Source: Eledone cirrhosa
Taxonomy: Eukaryota
Direction of reading: 5' to 3'
DNA length: 64,000 nucleotides
NCBI GenBank assembly: GCA_964016885.1
Contig: OZ024742.1
Span: 194,804,001 to 194,868,000 of the forward strand
Shown here: positions 1 through 16,084 of the stretch, piece after piece
How positions within the stretch are numbered: position 1 is the first letter of the stretch
How the letters are laid out: each line of letters begins with the position of its first letter
Program-made: the position numbers and the translations under genes
The notes under the pieces: model-generated
What the model saw: only the letters and a program-made list of their open reading frames with translations
The model's database searches: none
Told to the model about the DNA's origin: nothing

Positions 1-293
1 ATCCAAGATACACCTTTAGCTTCATACCCATCATTATTGGAGCTACGGGTTATATACCAACCCGCTTGGACCAAAGTATGACCGAACTTGGATTTGCGGA
101 AAAAAAGCGCAGCTCCCTAATTCATAGTCTACAAATGGCTGCGATAGCTGGCACCTTCAAAATTTTCAAAACATTCTTGCGATTCAAGGGATGACAATTT
201 CTTTTCTTTTACAACCTTGCTACCAGGAAGGTGGCCGGTCAAAAAAATATACTCGAAATTAAGAGAAAGAGAAAACATACATACATACATACA
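1..293 (+). mobile_element. 3' end of an RLE-type (R2/R4/NeSL-group) non-LTR retrotransposon ending in (ACAT)n
   Basis: Frame from nt 3 reads PRYTFSFIPIIIGATGYIP...LQMAAIAGTFKIFKTFLRFKG* (TGA 192-194), paralogous to the C-terminus of the 881-1276 ORF. A short 3' UTR follows, then (ACAT)n. Confidence 0.7.
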
Positions 294-835
294 TGATGAT
301 GGGTGCAACTCGATTTCGGTTGATACTTAAGCATCACAGACGTGGCTTTTTAGTCTTGCTAGTGACTTGCCTATGACCAACAATACCATGCAACGCAATA
401 ATGTCCTATCAAGCGATGACTGGGCTTGAATTTTATTGAAGTGAGGAAAGGCTTTGCACGGAGCCAATCCTACTCTCTTAACATCGAATTCATTTGCCCC
501 AAACGAAATGGTCTACATCATAGGATGCAAACGCAGTCGCAGGTTTTATATCAGAGTTACTTTCTAGAGACATTCCTTAATGAAGACTAGGAATAACTCG
601 CTCCTCAAAAAATCAAAACAACTTTATTGGATGGCCGTGGACTCTCCTTAGTTCCTCCGCCTTTTGACGGGTTTTGTTTTTCATCCAGCAGGATGTGCAA
701 AATCACCCTCCTCACCAAGCAAGCTTTGTGGGGTTACCGGTTTAGACGCTGACGAACCGACCATGCACAGGTTGTACTGGATTACATACCTACCTGCCTA
801 CACTCATACATACATGCATACATACATACATACAT

Positions 836-1519
836 AGAAACGATAGCCCCGATAATAAACACATTAAAAGCTACAGCACAGTGGAAGACATAGATATACA
901 TAATGTGAAAGAGTGCTGGTGGAATGTTCCAGTAAAAACCCCAATAAAATGCAGGCATAACAGACGAGATTTTATGATATGGGACGGGGAAAAGAAGGCA
1001 TGCACAGTAGTGGAAGTTAGCTGCCCAGCAGATGCCAATATAATATCAAAGATTAGCGAAAAGGAGGATATGTATGCAGAACTAATGAGAAATTTGCAGA
1101 TACTCCACCCTGATTATACCTTCAGATTTATGCCTGTGATTATTGGGGCACTGGGATATGTTAGTAACTGCCTCAAAATCTTGAGAAGCTTCACAGGAAC
1201 AGAAAGAACACAACTAGCTAGGAAATTACAAGTACAATTCATTAATGGAACAGTAAAAATATGTAAAACGTGCTAAACATTTTGCATCTAATAACTGCAT
1301 ATACACATGTACAGATACTAAGCATACACACATGCACACGTACAACTCAGAACATACACATCCGCACATACAATAACATCCATATCTACACATGCAGACA
1401 TGCATACATATCTACCTAGTTGATGTTGTGTAAATTCCAATGAGAGAGTCTTGTGTCTATGTTAGAAACCGACTCTCTCTCTATTGGTAAAACTTTGTGA
1501 AATTATAAAACCAGAAGAA
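836..1519 (+). mobile_element. 5'-truncated RLE-type non-LTR retrotransposon (ORF 881-1276) between (CATA)n tracts
   Basis: WWNVPVKT..HNRRDFMIWD..VVEVSCP..KEDMYAEL..PVIIGALG is a PD-(D/E)xK restriction-like endonuclease C-terminus. (CATA)n lies at about 806-835 and from about 1519. Confidence 0.75.
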
Positions 1520-1816
1520 CATACATACATACATACATAAATACACACACACATACATACATACACACACACATACATACATACATACACACACATACAT
1601 ACATACATACACACACACATACATATATACAGACAGACAGACATACAGACAGACATATTACATACATACTTACATACATGTATACATACATACTTACATA
1701 CACATGCATACATGCATACATACATACATGCATGCATACATACATACATACAGACAGACAGACAGACCCACAGGCCGACATGCATCCATACAGGCACGCC
1801 TAGATAGATAGATAGA
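1519..1816. repeat. Compound microsatellite (ACAT)n/(AC)n/(ACAG)n ending in (TAGA)n
   Basis: Directly visible; it generates the MYVC-repeat ORFs. Confidence 0.95.
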
Positions 1817-2031
1817 TTTCTTTATTTACCATAAAGGCATAAAAAGAAGGGACAAATACAAAGGGGGAGTTTACATATAATCGAGTAAAAAGGGTGTAAC
1901 ATGAAAATAATCGAAAATAACCTCAAAAGGGAGGGGACGTGATGGGGGTTGCACACACCCCCGAAAAAGTGTGCAATCCTTTGCCCGGGGAGCACATGGA
2001 GAAGGTGCTCCCCTCTCCTTTACTTCTTTAC

Positions 2032-5000
2032 CTACAGGATGGTATACAGAGAAGGCCCATTTACACGAGCCATTCTCGCCACTATCACCCACCTTTCATA
2101 AAACTGCCTGTGGCCAAGCACCTCTCTCTCCATTCTTATCCTTCTTCCGAAGTGATATCGGAAGAAGTAGACCAGACTATGGCCAGAGAGGAAGTTGCCT
2201 GACCTCAGACCTTTCAATCGTGTCCACCAAACAACCTCTTTCAACATGGCTATTACGCACAGAAAAACCGCCTTTGCTTCCTTTGTGAAGAGGGGAGGCG
2301 GTTTGATTGTCATCACGGACTCGGCGGTCAATTTAATCGGCGCCACCCGCGACAGCAGTCGTTCGGCGTAGCCCCACAGATCAGCCACGCCCGGACATTG
2401 CACCAATGCGTGCGCAACGGTTTCTTCGTGACGCACGCATCTAGGGCAAATCTTTTTTGAGGGATCCCTGCCCGGGCGCCCGTGTCTGTAGAGCCTCTCT
2501 CGAACGGGTAGAGCCCCCCGGTAGCACTGCCAGGCCAGTGACTTCTGGAAGTTGTCCATTGGTCCTGGGCCGAAAGTCCTACCGAACAGGCTGGCCAGTT
2601 CGTCTTCTTCCATGTCCAGCGACTCTCCAAGGGTGTCATCGCCCCTGCTAGCCACCAGCCCTCTATAGAATGATGAGGTGGATTCTCCACCGATGGCCTG
2701 GCCCGCTTGCCAGAGAGCCCTGAGCGCCTGAGCACACTCAGTGTGCCAGTCTCCCAGTTTTCCGGATCTTTGCTTGACCCAGGACTGTAGCTCGGTGAGT
2801 GAGACGAGTCTCGGAAAGGCTCGTTTCACGAACGGAGCCCACACCGGTTGACCAGTGAGGAATACCTGTAGGTGCCGTAGCCTTAATGCGTGCCTACGCA
2901 TCATCAACCACGGCATCCCCAGCCCTCCTTTCGAAGGTTGTTGGCAGCAGATGGATCTTCTCACCATAGGAGGACGCTTCTTCTAAAGAAATTAGAAGAG
3001 CATGCGTTCCATGGTGGTGAGTGTTTCCTTAGGGCAAGGCACGACAGTCAGGCGGTAGTAAGTGACGGACGCTATGTAAATGTTCGCCACCTCCGCCCGG
3101 CCTTTTAGGGACAGCTTACACTTGGCCCATTTCTGGGTTAGTGCAAACACCTTGTTCGTAACCTCGTTCCAGTTCTTTTCCACCTGGAGGTCCGGTCCAA
3201 ACCAGACCCCAAGCAACTTTACCGGGCCCTCCGTCCAGTGTCCGACGACACCGTCAGGAGGCATCGGTCTGCCTCTCCACGTTCCGAGTTGCAGCCCGAT
3301 GGATTTTTCCCGGTTCAGTTTCGCTCCTGGCAACCTTTCGTACTCCTCCAGTAAGGTACCGATCGCCTCGATCTCCGAGTCGGTCGATACCATTACTGTT
3401 ACGTCATCGGCGTAGGCCGACACCGCTTTGCTCAATCCTGGTTCCAGGGGGATACCCTGCAACAATTCCAACTTCCTCAGTAAAGGCTCGAGAGTCAATA
3501 CGTACAGAAGGGAGGAGAGAGGGCACCCCTGTCGAATGGATCGTGTGATTTCGAACGGCTTCGAAAGGTAGCCGTTCACCTAGATCCTAGAACAGATGTG
3601 GTTGCTATGTAGGGCAGTGATCCAGCCTCTGAAAACAGGACCGAACCCAGCCGCCGCTAGCACCGCATCCAGGTAACCATGGTCGACCCTATCGAAGGCC
3701 TTAGACTGATCTAAATTGATCAGGGCCCCACCGAAGCCGGGTTTGTTGCCAACCCTCTCTATGATGTATCGCATGAGGTGGAGGTTATCGTGAATGGACC
3801 TGGATGGGATAGCACATGTCTGCGCATCTCCCACCAGGCCACCCACGACAAGCGCCAACCTCTTTGCTAACACCTTGGCCAAAATCTTTAACTCTGTGTT
3901 TAGCAGGGTTATGGGCCGAAAATTATTTATATTATCCCCCTTGTTCTCGTCCTTTCTCACCAGCGTGACTACGCCCTTGGCTACAGAACAAGGAATTCTC
4001 CCGTTCTGCTGCCAATTGCAGTAGACCGCTTCGAGGAGTTCGGAGAAGAAGACCGGCATTGCTAAATAAAGTTCGTAAGGTATACCATCGAGACCTGGAG
4101 ATTTGCGTCTGCTGCATTGGCTCAGCGCATCTCCGATCTCATCAGCCGAGATTGGTCCCTCGCAGGACTCTGCCTCTTCGTTCGAGAGACGCGGCAGGCC
4201 GTCGAGGTATATACCGAAATCCACGCCCCCGCCCGGACCCTCGCCTCCCCCGAACAATCGGGCAAAGTGCCTTTGAAAGGCCTCGCACATCTGCTTAGGC
4301 TCCCGGATCTCCCGTCCATCTTCGTCTTGCAACGACCGGATGGTGGATCGATTTCCACTCTTAGCTTCTGTCACGCGGGCCCATCCAACGGCTTTGGCCC
4401 CCTCATTACCTAGAGCACGTATTTTACTTCGAATGACGCAGCCTTCGTGCTTTGCATCGAAAAACTGGTTCAAGGCCGTCCTCGATGCCAGCACTTTGGC
4501 CACATCTTCGCTCTTGATTGCCTCTTCTAATTTACCTGTTAATTCTTTCTCGTTTCTATTCTTATCGGCAGCTAACATCTTGCTATAACTTATTGATTCT
4601 GTTCTAATCTCTCTTTTGAGAGATGCCCACCATCGGTTGTTGACGATTTCACCCGTCAACCTCTCCTTAACTAATCTGCTAATCCGGTTTCTGTAAGTCT
4701 CTTTTGCCGGTAAAGACAAATTAAGTTTCCAGTAACCGGGACCCTGTCTATGTGTTTTCTCGAGATTGACCACGCAGGTCACTAATTTGTGATCCGTGTA
4801 GCCAACCGTGCGCATATCTGGACAGCTTAATATGTCCCTATCCTTACTTCTAACTAAGAATCTATCTAAGTACGATCTAGATTGACCACTGTGGTTTCTC
4901 CAAGTCCAGGTAGGCACAGTTGGAAAATCTAGTCGATATCTATCGACCAAGTTAAAACGGTCGAGTAACCCCTTGAGGCTGTTACACCCCCCTCTATTAG

Positions 5001-5469
5001 GACATGCTCCTGCATAGTCCCAACGTGCATCCAGGATGTTATTCCAATCCCCCGCTAGAAGCAGGGAACGCGACGTTCCCAGAAAAGTCTCCAAACGCTG
5101 GAAGAAGTCGGGCCGTTCAGCTCCGAAAGGGGAGTAGACGGCGACCAGTCACAAGGCCGCACTTTCACTACTGCCAACGTCTAGCACCAACAAACGACCC
5201 TCCGGGTCCGAGTGCACAACCTGTACGGCAAGACCCAGGTGTTTTTGCAGCAGTACGACAACCCCACCCCCACCTCCGGGTTGACAGAGAGATGCATGCA
5301 CCTCAAAGTCATCGAAGGTGGGGGCCAGCTGCCGCACGACGCTGATTCGAGTCTCACAGATAACCATTACATTTATACTACATGACCTGAGGTCATTTAG
5401 AAGCTTTGCTTGCTTCCAAGTTGAGCCCAGGCCACGTGCATTCAAACATCCTACTCTTAACACATCCAT
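2032..5469 (-). pseudogene. T1 ORF2 (APE endonuclease, reverse transcriptase, CCHC) split into 4 pieces
   Basis: Motifs CLNARGL, LAGDWN, SYLDRF, TDHK, SPGLDG, FRPITLLN, LDQSKAFDRV, RQGCPLS, AYADD and CPRC..H..C. In-frame TAG at 3580-3582 and frameshifts near 2980 and 5150. Confidence 0.9.
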
Positions 5470-5502
5470 GTGGGCGGCAGAGCCAAAGGAGAGTGTAGAG
5501 AC

Positions 5503-7424
5503 CTACATTTCCGCTTCCCGGGGTTCGGGTTGCACGACTTCCATGGGGTCGGGGGTGTTGGGTGAAGGGGTGTCTTGTGGTGGTGTGGGGTCGTCAGTGT
5601 GTGGTGGGGTTGGGGTGTTTGGAGTTGTGTTGGGGAGGGGAAGGGGAGGGGGAAAGCTTTTTAGTAGGACGCGGTTTATGGGTTTGACAGAGGGTGGTCC
5701 TACGTCCTCCTTAAAATCCTTTTTTAGTTTTTGGTAGAGGTTCATTGGGATCTTTATTAATTTTAAATGTGGGTAGTTTTCTGAAGAAACAAAGTTTACA
5801 CCTTCGGTTTGTACCGAAGGATTATTGTATATGAGTTCATTTAATTTATTATTGTTTCTGTTGATGTAAGTATAGTGTAATGTCTTTTTTTCGGATGGTG
5901 TGAGTGTTTCGAAGAGGGGGGGGGGGGGCAGATTTGGTTTTGTTTGTTGCTGGAGGGGTGTTTTCTGTTTTGTTGGATCGTGTTGAGATTTGGGTGGGGG
6001 TTGTTTGGCCTTGTGTGTTTTGCACATGTTTTCTTTTTTTCCTTTTAATCTGTCTGAAGGACTCCGTTTCTTCCTCCGAATTCGTTGGGTTATCTTCAGT
6101 GTTGGAGGGAAGAGGTATGTTTGCTGGTAATGTTTCCGTGTTGGTTTTCTTTGTGGGGGAGATGGATGTCACTATGTTAGACTGTGTTGTGTGTTGTGTA
6201 TGCGGTGGTTGTGTTGTTTTATTGAGTGAGGGGTTGGGTGGGCCTGTATTTTGTTTTGGGGTAATGTGTTGTGACTGTTTGTGTTGTGGTGGTGGTGGAG
6301 CTGGTGTTGGTAGCAGGGTTTTCTTTTTGTTGAGTTGGGGACAAGCGGCCTTCAGGTGCCCTCTGCCTGCACAGATATGGCAGGACGGCCTTCTCCCCTC
6401 CACGCTAATGTTTATATACCCGTGGCCCTCTAATAGGATTCTGTCGGGTATTTGGGCGATGCGTTCAGGCTTCATTTGCACTACCAGCTCTATACCTGTT
6501 CCACTGAACGCATTGCCTGTGGTTTTCCCAATGGAAATCACGTTGTCATTCACTGGATCGATGAAGCCAGCTATGAGCCAGCAGTAGTCCACATCTGGCA
6601 TCATTGCATCCAGCCATATGCGTTGAGTTCTTTTACCCATATAAGATGGATAAAAGGTAAAATTTTTCGAACGAATCGGTGACAAAGCACATTTTTTTGC
6701 CGCCGATTCGTTCTTCATGATAATTGCTAGGCTTCCATACAGTCTGTCTTTTCTTATGAAAGTGGTTTCATTAAGTACTTCTGTGAGTACTGTTTTGATA
6801 TCTGCTTGAGTTGGCTGTTCAGGTTTTGTTGTACTGTTGTTGATGGTGCGAAACTTGACCGTTCGGCTTTCAATGTCTTTGGTGAATTCTTGAGGCATTT
6901 TTACCGATAAAATACCATTCTCTCCTTCACTTATGTATTGTTTGGCGTCTGTAATTCTTCGTGCCACATCTGAAATATTTTCCGGTATATAAGTCAAAGA
7001 TTTCTTTGTTGTCTGTGCAAATGAAATCTTGTCGTCTGCTTTGCTTTCTGTTATGGTGTTATTTTCAAATGTTATTTTTGTGTTTGTTGTGTCTTTGTTT
7101 GTGTTATTAGTATTGTCATGCAATTTTTCAAATTTTTTTTTTTTCGTTGTTGGAATCCATGTCCAGATTTGTGTTTTCGTCATTTTTTTTCTCCGCAGAT
7201 TCGTCTGTTTTTATTTTAATTTTTCCTTCCTTCTCTATGACGTTAGTTGGGAAGGAAGGGGGGACTAAAGCGTGCGAGCTTACAACTCTTACCGCTGTCC
7301 CCCCACCACTATTTTCGTTCGCTGCGTTTAACATTTCTGTTAGACGATTGAAATTTTTTTTGCCACAAATTTTTTTTAAAACAGGTTTTTCACCTCTAGG
7401 AGGGGTAAAGATGAGCTGACCCAC
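5503..7424 (-). pseudogene. T1 ORF1 (gag-like, CCHC zinc knuckle), frameshifted
   Basis: EGRRPSCHICAGRGHLKAAC. Frame changes coincide with homopolymers (G run near 5915-5928, T run near 7133-7144). Confidence 0.8.
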
Positions 7425-7569
7425 CGCCTGACAGTTCAGACGGGGGGGTCAAGCTAGAAAATTGTATCAAAATTAAATTTGAACTCACAAAATTTCCGCA
7501 ATAAATTTGAACAAAACTTCTGCACGAAGTGAATTACATCCACACTGTAAAACAGACGACAGCTAGATT

Positions 7570-7570
<1 letters not shown>

Positions 7571-7649
<79 letters not shown>
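7571..7649. repeat. (GATA)n microsatellite separating T1 and T2
   Basis: Directly visible. Confidence 0.98.
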
Positions 7650-7650
<1 letters not shown>

Positions 7651-10022
7651 CTTTCTTTTTATTTGCCACCAGGGCATCAAAAAGTGGGAAAAGTACAATG
7701 GGGGGAGTTTAAATGAAAAGGCGTCCTCAATAAGGAGGAGGCAATAACAAAATATAAAAAATAAAATATAAAATATAACAAAAATAAATTTAATAACAAA
7801 ATCATAATTCGGGAGGATGCGCCTTGGGGGGATCGCACACACCCCGAAAAAAGTGTGCAACCCTTCTCCTGAGGAGCTCAGAAAAGGGGTGCTCCCTTGA
7901 TATTTCATCTTCCTCACCTATAGTCTTATGTAGAGTGAAGGCCCATTCACACGGGACATTCTCGCCACTTTCACCCATATTTCATAAAAACGGCTGGGGT
8001 GCAGCACCTCTCTCTCCCCCCTGATCCTTCTTCCGAAATAATATCGGAGGAAACGGGCCAGTTGTTGGCCAGAGAGAAAGGTGTCTGACCTCAGTTCTTT
8101 CAGACGTGTCCACCATACAACCTCTTTCATCATGGCTATTACGCACAGAAACAACGCCTCTTCTTCGTTTTTGAAGAGGGGAGGCGGCTTGATCGTTACA
8201 ATAGACTCGGTGGTCAACCGGATCGGTCCCACCCTTGACAGCAGTTGTTCGACATAGCCCCACAGATCGGCAATGCCGGAGCAGTGTACCAATGCTTGTG
8301 CAACGGTTTCCTCGTCGCACACGCATTTGGGACAGATCTTTTTCGAGGGGTCCCTACCCGGGCGCCCATGTCTGTCGAGTCTTTCTCGAACGGGCAGAGC
8401 CCCTCGGTAGCACTGCCAGGCTTTTATTAAATTGTTGTTGTACACAATGTTTAACAGTTTTTTGTTTCTTGTGTTTATGTATGTGTATGCATGTTTTTGT
8501 TTTTGTGTGGTGTTTTTTGTTTGCTGTTGTTGTGATCTCTTTTGTGTTGGTGTCAGTTTTGGGGAGGGGTTGTTTTCATTTCTGTGTCTGAGGAGTGTTT
8601 TCTTTTTTTTCTTTTGATTGTGTGGAAGTTCTCCTCCTCGTCTGACGACGAACTAGGGTCGTCTTCCGCGTTGGAGGGGAGGGTATATTTTCGGGTTGTG
8701 TTTGCGGTGTGGGTGTTTTGGAAATTGATTTTTTTTAGTGGGGGGGATGGGTTGGACATTGTTTTGGTTTGGTTTGAGCTGTGGTTGTTGTTTTTGTAGT
8801 GGTAGTTGTGGTGGTTGTGTTGGTTGTGCAGTTGTTGGTGGTGTAGGCAGGATTGGGGTTTTCTTATTAAGTTGGGGACAGACAGCCCTCTGGTGACCTC
8901 TGGTTCCGCAGAGGTAACACGGGGGCCGCCTACCCTCAACGGTAATGTTGATGAAAGTTTGATCATCCAGTATGACGCGTTCAGGGATCTGGGTGATCCT
9001 TTCGGGCCTCATTTGAACTACAAGTTCGAGGCTCGTTCCACTGAACGCGTCACCCGATGCCTTTCCCATGGTCACCAGCGTGTCATCATCCAGGTTCAGG
9101 AAACATGTCAAAACCCACCATATGTCCATAATCGGCAGGATGGTGTGGATTTTTATTTTTTGTGTCCTTCTACCCATGTACGTAGGGTAGAATGTATATG
9201 CGGTGGATGTGATTGGTTTGATGGACAGTTTCACTGCTGTGTCCCTGTCCTTCATGGGAATGGATAGACTCCCGTAGAGTCTATCCTTCTGGATGAATGT
9301 GACGTCCCTCATGACGTCCTTTAAAACCAGCTCTATCTTACTCTGTGATGGTTGAGCTGGATTTTTGCTTTTATTTGAGATTGTCCTAAACATGACAGTG
9401 TTTAGAAGTCTCTGGCTTTTTAGCTCCGGAGGGGGGGATCGAAAACGCACCATTCTCCCCGTACATTATGTATTTTTTTGCCTCTGCCAGTAGCTCCTTC
9501 GCTTTGGTTATATCTACTGGCAGATAGTCGAGGGTTTTCCTTGCCGTCTGGGCGAAGGAGACTTTTTCCTTGTTTGTGTTGCTGTTGTAGTTGGTGGTGT
9601 TGTTGTTATCACAGTTATTGGTCTTGTTGTTGTTGTTATTGTTATTGGTGTTGTTTTCGTCCGTAGCATTGTTGTTGTTGTTGTTGTTGCTGGTGCCGCT
9701 GCTTCTTTGGTTTGTTGCCATGGCAACGTCAAGTTGTCGGTCAGCAGGTGGAGAAAATCCTTCCTCTGGCTGGCCTTTGTTTTTGCCTCTGCTACTGTGA
9801 CAGTGGCAGGGGGAAGCTGTAAGCTTATCTTCCCCTTTCCTGCTTCGAATTTGGGTGAAGAAGCTTCAGCCATTTTTTAAAAATGTTAACTTTTCAACAA
9901 AAAAGAAACTTTTTTGTTTAACTATTTCGCCTAAAGGCCTAGAGTATGTTGAGAGACTAACCAGATCAAAGTTTGACCTGGCAGTCCCTCTACAAAATGG
10001 TACAAAAATTAATGTTTACAGA

Positions 10023-12282
<2,260 letters not shown>

Positions 12283-12289
12283 TTGCGAA

Positions 12290-12388
<99 letters not shown>

Positions 12389-12603
12389 GCACATGTATAT
12401 ATAGGCACTTACATAGATGTATACACCTCACAAACACATAGGTTTGTATTTGTGCGTGCGTGAGTTCGAGTGTTTGTATGTGAGTGTATATGGTAGTTAG
12501 GACATCATTGTTATGTGAAGAGACTTCAATATCGTCATACAATAGCTATGGTCAAGTCCAAAGTTTTCAAATTACCCTATACAGGTTTCGTAGTTGGATA
12601 TAG

Positions 12604-12965
12604 TGGACGCCGCATGGTTAAAGATTTCGCTACGTAATCTTTAGAACTCCGGTTCAATCCCACTGGGTGGCAGGTTCGACAAATACTAGTATTATTCACT
12701 GTAGCTTCGATTTCACTCATGCCATGTGACTGAAATTATCTAGACACAAACTCTTTGGAATCTCATCAGATAAATTGTAGCTGTAATCCAAAAGGCCAAA
12801 CCTATCATGATACATACTCTGTATCGTCGAGGATCGCCCTGAGAATTGGGTTAAGGTTGCGACATGAGTCTGTGAAATACTCGACCAATTTCACATTAAT
12901 TGCATGAAGCTGACTGATTCTACTCATCGCACAACTGGAACATTCATCGACGAAACCAACGAAGG
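12604..12965 (+). mobile_element. Degenerate tRNA-derived SINE
   Basis: A-box-like CATGGTTAAAG and B-box GGTTCAATCCC (12652). Related pieces lie near 54950-55140 and 60820-61240. Confidence 0.6.
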
Positions 12966-13267
12966 ATCATTCCGTCTTTCCTTTCCCTCTTTCTTTCGGG
13001 GCTAAAATGAATTTTCCAATCCGCTCATATATTGAAATGTTTATTATAGCATGGGTTTTTACGGGTGAACGTTTAGCTATTCACATTTGCATTATTGGGG
13101 GATTTCGTTTGAATGTGTTAAGCCTCAATGGATACCAAGTGCAGAAATATCAAATGAACAAGGAGATATTAATCTAAATTGTATTTTCAATTTGAAATGG
13201 TAGAATATTAATCGTTTATTGCCAAAATATTTTACACGGTTGGTGTGTTTAGAAGTTTCGTAATGCA

Positions 13268-13372
13268 TGTGTGTGTACATACACACACACACAGACACAC
13301 AGACACACACACACAGACACACACACACACAAACACACATATATATATATGTGTGTGCGTGTGTGTGTGTAC

Positions 13373-13403
<31 letters not shown>

Positions 13404-13456
13404 TAGATAGATACATGCATGCACATATATAGAGAGTTAGATAGATAGACATAGGG

Positions 13457-13524
<68 letters not shown>

Positions 13525-13850
13525 ATGCATGCTTACATATACATATATATATATACTGACATAGCTAAATGTATACGTGCACATATAGATATACGAATAC
13601 ATACATGTATGCATGACTACATACTTGCTTGCATTCATACATACGTACATACATATATACATACATGCATACATAAATACATACATGCATACATACATAA
13701 ATACATACATGCATACATAAATACATACATGCATACATACATGCATACATAAATACATACATGCATACATACATGCATACATAAATACATACATGCATAC
13801 ATAAATACATACATATATACATACATACATACTTACATACATACATACAC
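13268..13850. repeat. Compound (CA)n/(TA)n/(CATA)n microsatellite
   Basis: Directly visible. Confidence 0.95.
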
Positions 13851-14071
13851 ATTCAAATCAGTGGTAAATGTTCAGTCTTTAATCTGCATCATATTATGAT
13901 GTTTATGAAGTTAGTTATATGAAAGTCAGCGAATCTGGAGTTCGTTCTCTTTGATTTATACGAGAAATACTAAAAACTATTGATATTACATTTCAACCAA
14001 GAACCAATACAGATGCATATCTAATCGTTTGATTTATTTCAATATATGTTGAATTACTCTGCTGTATAAAC

Positions 14072-14150
14072 AAGGGTGCCCCACAAAAATGTATACACAC
14101 CTTAACAGCATACTAATCAAAGTATGTATACATTTTGTGGGGACACCCTT
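14072..14150. mobile_element. About 80-bp Tc1/mariner-type MITE
   Basis: TIRs AAGGGTGCCCCACAAAAATGTATACA and TGTATACATTTTGTGGGGACACCCTT in a TA-rich context. Confidence 0.6.
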
Positions 14151-14252
14151 TATATATATATATATTATATATATATATATATATATATGGATATATATAT
14201 ATACACATGTATATATATATATATATATATATGTATATTTATATACATATAT

Positions 14253-14432
14253 AGGTAGACCACGAAAAACATGGGCGGAGGTGGTGAGAATAGACCTCAG
14301 ACCGCTGAAGCTCACGGTGGAGATGACGAAGGACCGTGACAAGTGGAGAGATGCTGTGCTGAATAAGACCTGTCCTACCCTTGCAAGCAGGGAAAAGCGG
14401 ACGTAAAATGTTGATGATAATGTAGATGATGA
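14253..14432 (+). mobile_element. 3' tip of an RTE-clade LINE
   Basis: [27 protein letters not shown] is the typical RTE C-terminus, followed by a (GAT)-like tail. Confidence 0.75.
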
Positions 14433-14863
14433 TATGTATATATATATATATAATATATGTGTGTGTATGTATATATATATGTATGTATATATATATATGT
14501 ATATATATATATGTATATATATGTATGTATATATATGTATATATATATATATGTATGTGTGTGTATATATATATCAAAGATTTCTGAAAAAATAAATACA
14601 TTTGTTATAACGTACATTTTACATTTATTTTCCTCATAGTATAATCGATTCATTATCGAGATTTATTTAATTTGTGAATTTTGTGTTTATTATCTCGATT
14701 GCCCTCGTTGTTTCGTGTTAAAACAAGGTAGAATCGTACAAAAGATTTACCGTCTTTCATCCCTTTTATGCCGTACGTCTGTTTTTATCATGTTCATATA
14801 CGGAAATTGTAATAGAGTGTAAATAATTTATGTAACTATGCATATATATATATACATATATAC

Positions 14864-14909
<46 letters not shown>

Positions 14910-15072
14910 TGGCTGCGAACTTGTATTCGAGTGCGGCCACTACTTTGAATCCTTGTAGGAGAACCCCTATCGATGCGCTGAACGAGTGTGACTTTTTAGT
15001 CCAGCCAGCGAATTGAAAACTCTGGTACAAACACTACACTTGTGACAATTACTGAAACATATATGTATGTAT

Positions 15073-15175
<103 letters not shown>

Positions 15176-15198
15176 ATATATATATATATATAATATAT

Positions 15199-15242
<44 letters not shown>

Positions 15243-15245
15243 ATA

Positions 15246-15995
15246 TTCCTATCTACGGTTAGCTTTCCTCTTTGTTGTTTACTTGTCTCACTCGCTTTAC
15301 GCGTTTTAATTGTCCTAATAACTTAATTTAGTTATTATTGCACCAACGTGAGGTATATGATTTTTAATGCTATGAAATATCTATGATCGTTGGCAAATCC
15401 CTGATGAGGGACTCATTTTATAACATGTTATCCATGTGCAACCTGCAGTATTCTTCTCCCCATTTTTTCACATATATTTACCTAGACTGCGATTCTTTTT
15501 TTTCTCTCTCTCTCTCTTACTGCTCCCTCGTTCTCTCTGTTTCTCTTACTTTCTTTCGCCCCCTCTGTCATGTCAGTTAACACTTTCTCTCTACTGACCT
15601 CTTCCTCACACTTCCACTCACTCACTCACTGTTTCTCCCCTTCTCACTTCACCCCGTTCGCGACGAATACAATTTCCTTCTTTCTTACATTTGGATTCAT
15701 CTCGAAAGGTCTTTTTCTACGCGCTCCTATATTCACCCAGCTTAAGCTGACAGAATAACTATGTAGCTTGTGCCCTTCCTATCTACGGTTAGCTTTCCTC
15801 TTTGTTGTTTACTTGTCTCACTCGCTTTACGCGTTTCAATTGTCCTAATAACTTAATTTAGTTATTATTGCACCAACGTGAGGTATATGATTTTTAATGC
15901 AATGAAATATCTATGATCGTTGGCAAATAACTGATGAGGGACTCATTTTATAATATGTTATCCATGTGCAGCCTGCAGTATTATTCTCGCCATTT

Positions 15996-16000
<5 letters not shown>
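15246..16000 (+). repeat. Partial tandem duplication (about 530-bp unit, 1.4 copies) between (TA)n tracts; pLTR/retrozyme-like
   Basis: TTCCTATCTACGGTTAGC recurs at 15246 and 15776. Each copy carries CTGATGAGGGACTC (15401, 15931). Confidence 0.8.
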
Positions 16001-16073
<73 letters not shown>

Positions 16074-16084
16074 GTATATATATA

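Larger units (their letters stand above)
1817..7570 (-). mobile_element. Full-length but disrupted L1/Tx1-like non-LTR retrotransposon (copy T1) inserted in (GATA)n
   Basis: ORF1 plus APE-RT-ZnF ORF2. The 3' end reads AAATAAAGAAATC then (TATC)n, and the 5' end abuts (ATAG)n at about 7571. Confidence 0.92.

Noticed and set aside
296-800. Possible retrotransposon 5' UTR with an HDV-like ribozyme on the - strand
   Set aside because: GC-richer island between (CATA)n tracts, but I could not build the P1-P4 nested pseudoknot by eye.
5915-7144. Programmed frameshifting in T1 ORF1
   Set aside because: The shifts sit in long homopolymers and T4 ORF1 is continuous; slippage mutation or sequencing error is more likely.
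15401-15490. CTGATGAGGGA at 15401 and 15931 as hammerheads
   Set aside because: No downstream GAAA core or stem I partner; at most decayed remnants.
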